Shown here in pieces: positions 60,358 through 64,000 of a stretch of 64,000 nucleotides of DNA; position 1 is the first letter of the stretch, and the number at the start of each line of letters is the position of its first letter. The notes beneath the pieces are model-generated. The model ran no database searches. It was not told the DNA's origin and saw nothing but the letters and a program-made list of their open reading frames with translations. Where the stretch lies: positions 32,001-96,000 of IMG/VR virus record IMGVR_UViG_3300028533_000484; one strand, 5' to 3'. Origin of the DNA: a virus. Taxonomy: Duplodnaviria; Caudoviricetes. The translations under genes were made by a program, and so were the position numbers.

Positions 60358-60429
60358 GCATCTATAGCTTAATGGATAAAGCTTCTACCTCCTAAGTAGA
60401 GGATGCAGGTTCGATTCCTACTAGGTGCT
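60358..60429 (+). tRNA. tRNA-Arg(CCT)
   Basis: TCTAC-CTCCTAA-GTAGA; GCATCTA/TAGGTGC acceptor. Confidence 0.9.
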
Positions 60430-60530
60430 AAAGGTTGGCAGTCAAACCTTTAAGACTCCATTTTTTCTTCTGGAAATATTTTGATTTATTTTCAGAAGAA
60501 AATTAAACTTATAACAAGTGAGGTACAGAA

Positions 60531-60692
60531 TTGGAAAGATTGGAAAGAATTGTAGATTGGCTTTTCGATACACATGATAAGGTTTTGTTTGTTGAAGATA
60601 TTAGTGGTTTTGGAGCTCTATTTCTTTTTGGAACTATGATTTTTGTTGCTGTGTTGTGTTGCAGCAAAAAGCTCAGAAGCAAGTTCTTTTAG
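60531..60692 (+). CDS. Small membrane protein (53 aa, not in ORF track)
   Basis: GAGGT RBS, TTG start, one hydrophobic helix, basic tail. Confidence 0.5.
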   Translation: MERLERIVDWLFDTHDKVLFVEDISGFGALFLFGTMIFVAVLCCSKKLRSKFF

Positions 60693-60750
60693 GTGAATTT
60701 TTCAGATTGCACTAACTATATTACAAGCATAAATTGAAGGAGTAGATATC

Positions 60751-60861
60751 ATGACAAAGACATTTGTAACATCTAATAACATGACAAGTTCTTATCAATG
60801 CTGTGATACTATCCAATATTCATATTGTTCGTCAATCTATTTTAGAGGTGACAACAGTTGA
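60751..60861 (+). CDS. Putative leader peptide 1 (36 aa: MTKTFVTSNNMTSSYQCCDTIQYSYCSSIYFRGDNS)
   Basis: ACTATATT motif, AAGGAG RBS, stop codon abuts an antiterminator stem. Confidence 0.7.
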   Translation: MTKTFVTSNNMTSSYQCCDTIQYSYCSSIYFRGDNS

Positions 60862-60926
60862 CCTTGTGCAAATAAAAAATGTTTGAAGAGTTGCACAGGG
60901 TTCCTAGAAATAGGAACTTTTTTATT
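60861..60926 (+). promoter_or_regulatory. Attenuator 1 (antiterminator/terminator) before tRNA-Tyr
   Basis: ACCTTGTGCAA/TTGCACAGGGT overlaps terminator AGGGTTCCTA-GAAA-TAGGAACTTT-TTT. Confidence 0.7.
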
Positions 60927-60940
60927 CTTCAAACAAGTTT

Positions 60941-61021
60941 GGGTCAGTCGAGCAATTGGTTGCTCAGCGGACTGTAAATCCGTGGCCTATGGCATTGGGG
61001 GTTCGAATCCCTCCTGGCCCA
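60941..61021 (+). tRNA. tRNA-Tyr(GTA)
   Basis: GCGGA-CTGTAAA-TCCGT; long variable arm. Confidence 0.92.
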
Positions 61022-61116
61022 ATATCACATTAAATCAACCAGTTTGTGAAAAGAGTTAATTTTTTTAACTATAATTAAATTATTAGCACTAATTAATTAA
61101 AGAAGGAGAAAAGATT

Positions 61117-61260
61117 ATGAAAAATTTTGTAACAAAACATTCGAACATAATTACAAAACAGATGTGTCAATCTGCTCTCCATACACTTTGCAATATTTTT
61201 GCTGACTCTGATTTTCAAACTAATGGGAAAGTGAAATGCGAAGGAGACTTCAAGTCTTGA
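61117..61260 (+). CDS. Putative leader peptide 2 (47 aa: MKNFVTKHSN...KCEGDFKS)
   Basis: ACTATAAT and ACTAATT motifs, AAGGAG RBS; last codons form the antiterminator strand. Confidence 0.7.
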   Translation: MKNFVTKHSNIITKQMCQSALHTLCNIFADSDFQTNGKVKCEGDFKS

Positions 61261-61321
61261 GATAATTAATAATTTAGTTATTTACAAGGCTTGAATCGAA
61301 AAGGTTCAAGCCTTTTATTTT
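61249..61321 (+). promoter_or_regulatory. Attenuator 2 before tRNA-Ile and downstream RNAs
   Basis: TTCAAGTCTTG (61249-61259) can pair with CAAGGCTTGAA (61285-61295), the 5' strand of terminator AAGGCTTGAATC-GAAAA-GGTTCAAGCCTT-TTATTTT. Confidence 0.75.
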
Positions 61322-61325
61322 GCTT

Positions 61326-61398
61326 AGGATGTTAGTACACCGGTTTAGTATTTTAGTCTGATAAACTAAAGAAAGAAGTTCAACTCTTCTACATCCTA
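61326..61398 (+). tRNA. tRNA-Ile(GAT), AT-rich
   Basis: TTAGT-CTGATAA-ACTAA; AGGATGT/ACATCCT acceptor. Confidence 0.8.
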
Positions 61399-61399
61399 T

Positions 61400-61620
61400 A
61401 TAGTTAAACAAAAGCGTCGATTAAAACTGGTTCGAGTAATTGAGGTAACGTTCAGTAAATGAAAGAACAAAGATAATAACGGACTGAGGTAGAAACATTG
61501 TCAATCTTGGGTGTCCTGCCCGTCAGAAGAGTAATACTCTTCTTCAAGAATAAGGTGACGGATTGATGGTGTTGAAGGTTGGCTGGAGACGGCAGCGATA
61601 AATCCAGTTGAGTTTGACTT
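61400..61620 (+). ncRNA. Unidentified structured RNA (~220 nt)
   Basis: Ends pair (AGTTAAAC/GTTTGACT, AACTGG/CCAGTT); internal CCGTCA/TGACGG and GAAGAG-TAATA-CTCTTC stems; no ORF. Confidence 0.5.
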
Positions 61621-61696
61621 ATTTTTAACATTTTTTATGAAACAGCAATTAGCTTTTCAACTATAATATATATGTTAAAAATATTAAATTATTTAT

Positions 61697-61770
61697 AGTT
61701 CCATAGAACAACAGGTCCAGTTCACGGCCCTTTCAAGGCTGAGATCCGAGTTCAAGTCTCGGTGGAACTA
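61697..61770 (+). tRNA. tRNA-Glu(TTC)
   Basis: CGGCC-CTTTCAA-GGCTG; AGTTCCA/TGGAACT acceptor. Confidence 0.85.
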
Positions 61771-61971
61771 AAGCTTATGTTCCTAACGGTTCGACTCCGT
61801 ATGAAAATCTTGAACTGTATAAGTGCGGTATAAGCCCGATGAGATGTCAAGATATAAACGGCATAGGAAAGGAAGCATCTGACTTAAGGTTTCAGGATAC
61901 AGTAGTAAACCTAGCGAAGTAGCGAAGGCCAAGTGAAAAGCGAACTCTTGCAAGAATCCCTTATAATGGGT

Positions 61972-62051
61972 GAAAGTTATAGTATAATGGAAATACAACA
62001 GCCGAGGTTATCTGGGCTGGAGATTGAAGGTTCGAGTCCTTCTGACTTTCA
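61972..62051 (+). ncRNA. tRNA-like RNA with 11-nt anticodon loop
   Basis: GAAAGTTA/TGACTTTC stem; CAGCC-GAGGTTATCTG-GGCTG; canonical T arm. Confidence 0.6.
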
Positions 62052-62056
62052 TATTT

Positions 62057-62130
62057 GCATCAGTAGCTCAGTTGGTTAGAGCGCCTGCCTTCCAAGCAGG
62101 ATGTCGAGGGTTCGAGCCCCTTCTGGTGCT
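62057..62130 (+). tRNA. tRNA-Gly(TCC)
   Basis: CCTGC-CTTCCAA-GCAGG; canonical arms. Confidence 0.93.
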
Positions 62131-62133
62131 CTA

Positions 62134-62297
62134 GGTGCAGCAATGCCGTGGATAGCACGTTACTAGGACTAATCTAATTGTACAAAGGAATTAGCCAGAG
62201 GATATGGTAACATACCTCGTTCTACGACTAGGTTGTTAAGGATGTTATACCTGACGTGAGACAGCCATAAAGGTTTCGTTTAGAAGATTGCTGCACC
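62134..62297 (+). ncRNA. Unidentified multibranched RNA (~165 nt)
   Basis: 11-bp closing stem GGTGCAGCAAT/ATTGCTGCACC enclosing four hairpins. Confidence 0.6.
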
Positions 62298-62373
62298 TTT
62301 AAGCAGGTTGAAACGAATAGAAACTGAATCGAAAGATTCTAATGTAGGAGTAAGCACAAGAAGCTTATTGCAT

Positions 62374-62446
62374 GGGATATTGGTAAAATGGTGCATACGC
62401 CTGACTGTCACTCAGGAGAGCGCGAGTTCAATTCTCGCATATCCCG
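62374..62446 (+). tRNA. tRNA-Asp(GTC)
   Basis: CCTGA-CTGTCAC-TCAGG; GGGATAT/ATATCCC acceptor. Confidence 0.85.
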
Positions 62447-62455
62447 TTTTTTCTT

Positions 62456-62551
62456 GGACTGGTCGTATAGAGGTCAATTACAGGAGGAATGCGGTCCATT
62501 GGACCAAAGCCTCCTGCCATAGCTACGTAGGTTCGAATCCTACCCAGTCCG
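62456..62551 (+). ncRNA. tRNA-like RNA with hairpin replacing the anticodon loop
   Basis: GGACTGG/CCAGTCC acceptor; GGAGG-[AATGC GGTCC-ATT-GGACC AAAG]-CCTCC; GTAGG-TTCGAAT-CCTAC. Confidence 0.65.
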
Positions 62552-62560
62552 TAATGCATT

Positions 62561-62634
62561 GGAGTGTTAGCTCAGTTGGTAGTAGCAAGCGGCTGTTAAC
62601 CGCTAGGTCGCAGGTTCGAGTCCTGCACACTCCG
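62561..62634 (+). tRNA. tRNA-Asn(GTT)
   Basis: AGCGG-CTGTTAA-CCGCT; GGAGTGT/ACACTCC acceptor. Confidence 0.88.
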
Positions 62635-62717
62635 AAAACCTTAACATCTTACCTTTATGGTCCTAGGGCTGTAATGTTAGGTGGGGACCACCGGAGATGT
62701 TCCTAACATTGTTTTAT

Positions 62718-62790
62718 GCTACCTTAGCAAAATGGCTAATGCGCGTGATTTGTAATCTCGAGATTGTGGGTTCGAGTCCTACAGGTAGCT
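62718..62790 (+). tRNA. tRNA-Thr(TGT)
   Basis: CGTGA-TTTGTAA-TCTCG; GCTACCT/AGGTAGC acceptor. Confidence 0.85.
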
Positions 62791-62792
62791 TT

Positions 62793-62865
62793 CGCGGATG
62801 GGTGAAACGGAATTCATGCCAGCCTCATAAGCTGAAGATAGCAGGTTCGACTCCTGTATCCGCAA
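62793..62865 (+). tRNA. tRNA-Met(CAT), initiator-like C1:A72
   Basis: CAGC-CTCATAA-GCTG; CGCGGAT/ATCCGCA acceptor. Confidence 0.82.
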
Positions 62866-62866
62866 T

Positions 62867-62995
62867 AAAAACATTTAGCGGTTTGTGAAAGTGGAAGGCA
62901 TTCCTTTGGACGACATGAAAGTCATAGCAAATCATAATCGAAACTGGTAAGCCTTAGCGCTGAGTACACTTACCGTTGAGTAGGCTAAATGTTTT
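62867..62995 (+). ncRNA. Unidentified structured RNA (~130 nt)
   Basis: 12-bp closing stem AAAACATTTAGC/GCTAAATGTTTT with internal stems. Confidence 0.55.
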
Positions 62996-62999
62996 ACAT

Positions 63000-63071
63000 C
63001 GCCTGTTACCCAAGCAGTAAGGGAGCGGTCTGCAAAACCGTAATTCATAGGTGCAAATCCTATACAGGTGT
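63000..63071 (+). tRNA. tRNA-Cys(GCA)
   Basis: GCGGT-CTGCAAA-ACCGT; U73. Confidence 0.82.
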
Positions 63072-63075
63072 CTAA

Positions 63076-63231
63076 GGAATGGTAGCTTAGTCAAAAATAG
63101 TTTAGAAACTGCGCTGGCCGGTCGGCGGTTATAAATACTGAATTATTCAGTGTTAGGAAGCCTAAATGAAATATGCAGGAAAAGCGCTAACGAAACGTTA
63201 GAGAGTGTAAGTTCGAATCTTACCTATTCCT
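63076..63231 (+). ncRNA. tRNA-like scaffold with a large domain in the D loop and a truncated anticodon loop
   Basis: GGAATGG/CTATTCC acceptor; GCTT...AAGC D stem about 90 nt apart; CTAACG-AAA-CGTTAG; GTAAG-TTCGAAT-CTTAC. Confidence 0.6.
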
Positions 63232-63298
63232 TGAGGTAGATATAGGTGTTCGGTGCAAGTCCGGATTTAAGATAGTCAAGCCTTAAGCTACCATAAAA

Positions 63299-63505
63299 GT
63301 GGAGACTTCTGTGACTATACAGAAAACTATAGCAACATCTCAGCCAAGTGTTAATAATTGCTCTTTAGATAGTAAAATCGAAAGAGCTTATATGAAAGGC
63401 GCGCTTGCAATGTATGAGTTTTTGCAAGAAGAAAAATTAGTGCCTATTATAACAACTGGGTGTCAAGAAATGTTATGGAAAAAGTTTAAGGAAAAGAATA
63501 GCTAA
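63299..63505 (+). CDS. Small hypothetical protein within the tRNA cluster
   Basis: 68-aa ORF; no clear RBS. Confidence 0.35.
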   Translation: METSVTIQKTIATSQPSVNNCSLDSKIERAYMKGALAMYEFLQEEKLVPIITTGCQEMLWKKFKEKNS

Positions 63506-63566
63506 TTCGCATGCTTTCTTGATATATTGGATTACAGGTCTATGAAAATGACTTGTTTTTTTACAT

Positions 63567-63638
63567 TCCTCCATAGTGTAGTTGGTAGCACTTGAGAATT
63601 TGGGTCTCACAGGCTGGGTTCGAGTCCTAGCGGAGGAA
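63567..63638 (+). tRNA. tRNA-Gln(TTG)
   Basis: TGAGA-ATTTGGG-TCTCA; U1:A72. Confidence 0.8.
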
Positions 63639-63640
63639 AT

Positions 63641-63701
63641 AAAGCAAAGGTTGTTCCTATTAAAAGTTATTTTATTGGAAAAATTGTGTACAACCCGCTT
63701 T
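63641..63701 (+). repeat. Clamp element 5 (no tRNA cargo)
   Basis: AAAGC-AAA-GGTTGT-TCCT-AT ... GT-ACAACC-C-GCTTT. Confidence 0.75.
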
Positions 63702-63707
63702 AATTTT

Positions 63708-63780
63708 GGGCTGTTCGTATATCGGCTTATTACACGGGCTTTGCAAGCCTGATAGAGGGGTTCAACTCCCCTACGGTCCA
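63708..63780 (+). tRNA. tRNA-Ala(TGC)
   Basis: CGGGC-TTTGCAA-GCCTG; G3:U70. Confidence 0.85.
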
Positions 63781-63810
63781 CTAAAAAAGTCTTCTGTTAG
63801 AAGATTTTAT

Positions 63811-63892
63811 GGGTTTGTGTTGGAATTGGTATACATCGGGGTCTTAGAAGCCTCGGCCGAAAGGATTGAGAGTTCGAGTCTCTCCAAGCCCA
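63811..63892 (+). tRNA. tRNA-Leu(TAG)
   Basis: GGGGT-CTTAGAA-GCCTC; long variable arm. Confidence 0.88.
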
Positions 63893-63896
63893 TCAT

Positions 63897-63968
63897 CCAA
63901 ACTTGGTGTCAGCGGTAGCACAGCGGACTGAAGATCCGTTAGCTGGGGTTCAAATCCCTGAGTTTGGA
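63897..63968 (+). tRNA. tRNA-Phe(GAA)
   Basis: GCGGA-CTGAAGA-TCCGT; CCAAACT/AGTTTGG acceptor. Confidence 0.85.
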
Positions 63969-64000
63969 CTAATATGTTGAAGAAGTTCATACGGTTGAAC

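Noticed and set aside
60430-60460. Theta (HDV-like) ribozyme after tRNA-Arg
   Set aside because: Only a small hairpin with a possible 4-bp pseudoknot; the nested double-pseudoknot core is missing.

Overview
AT-rich segment of a large (jumbo, distantly T4-like) tailed bacteriophage genome in the standard genetic code; the host cannot be assigned from this window. Virion and assembly genes are scattered on both strands: major capsid protein, portal, baseplate wedge, scaffold-like proteins, a 1670-aa tail-type protein and a GroEL-like chaperonin. Other contents are a eukaryote-type (long) topoisomerase IB, a Cas4/RecB-like nuclease, several nucleotide/phosphate enzymes (HD alarmone hydrolase, CYTH, histidine phosphatase), many small hypothetical genes, and two RNA-gene clusters (about 9.1-11.5 kb and 60.3-64 kb). 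Most notable: (1) a five-copy covarying RNA 'clamp' helix, two copies of which enclose circularly permuted tRNAs broken at the same position (28/29); (2) two related leader-peptide/attenuator units in front of tRNA genes; (3) a terminase gene fractured by an antisense endonuclease gene, with halves carrying a naturally split Ala1 intein that has the class-3 W-C-T signature; (4) several tRNA scaffolds with large inserted domains; (5) two distinct recurring promoter-like motifs. All assignments come from reading motifs by eye; no database search or folding program was run.
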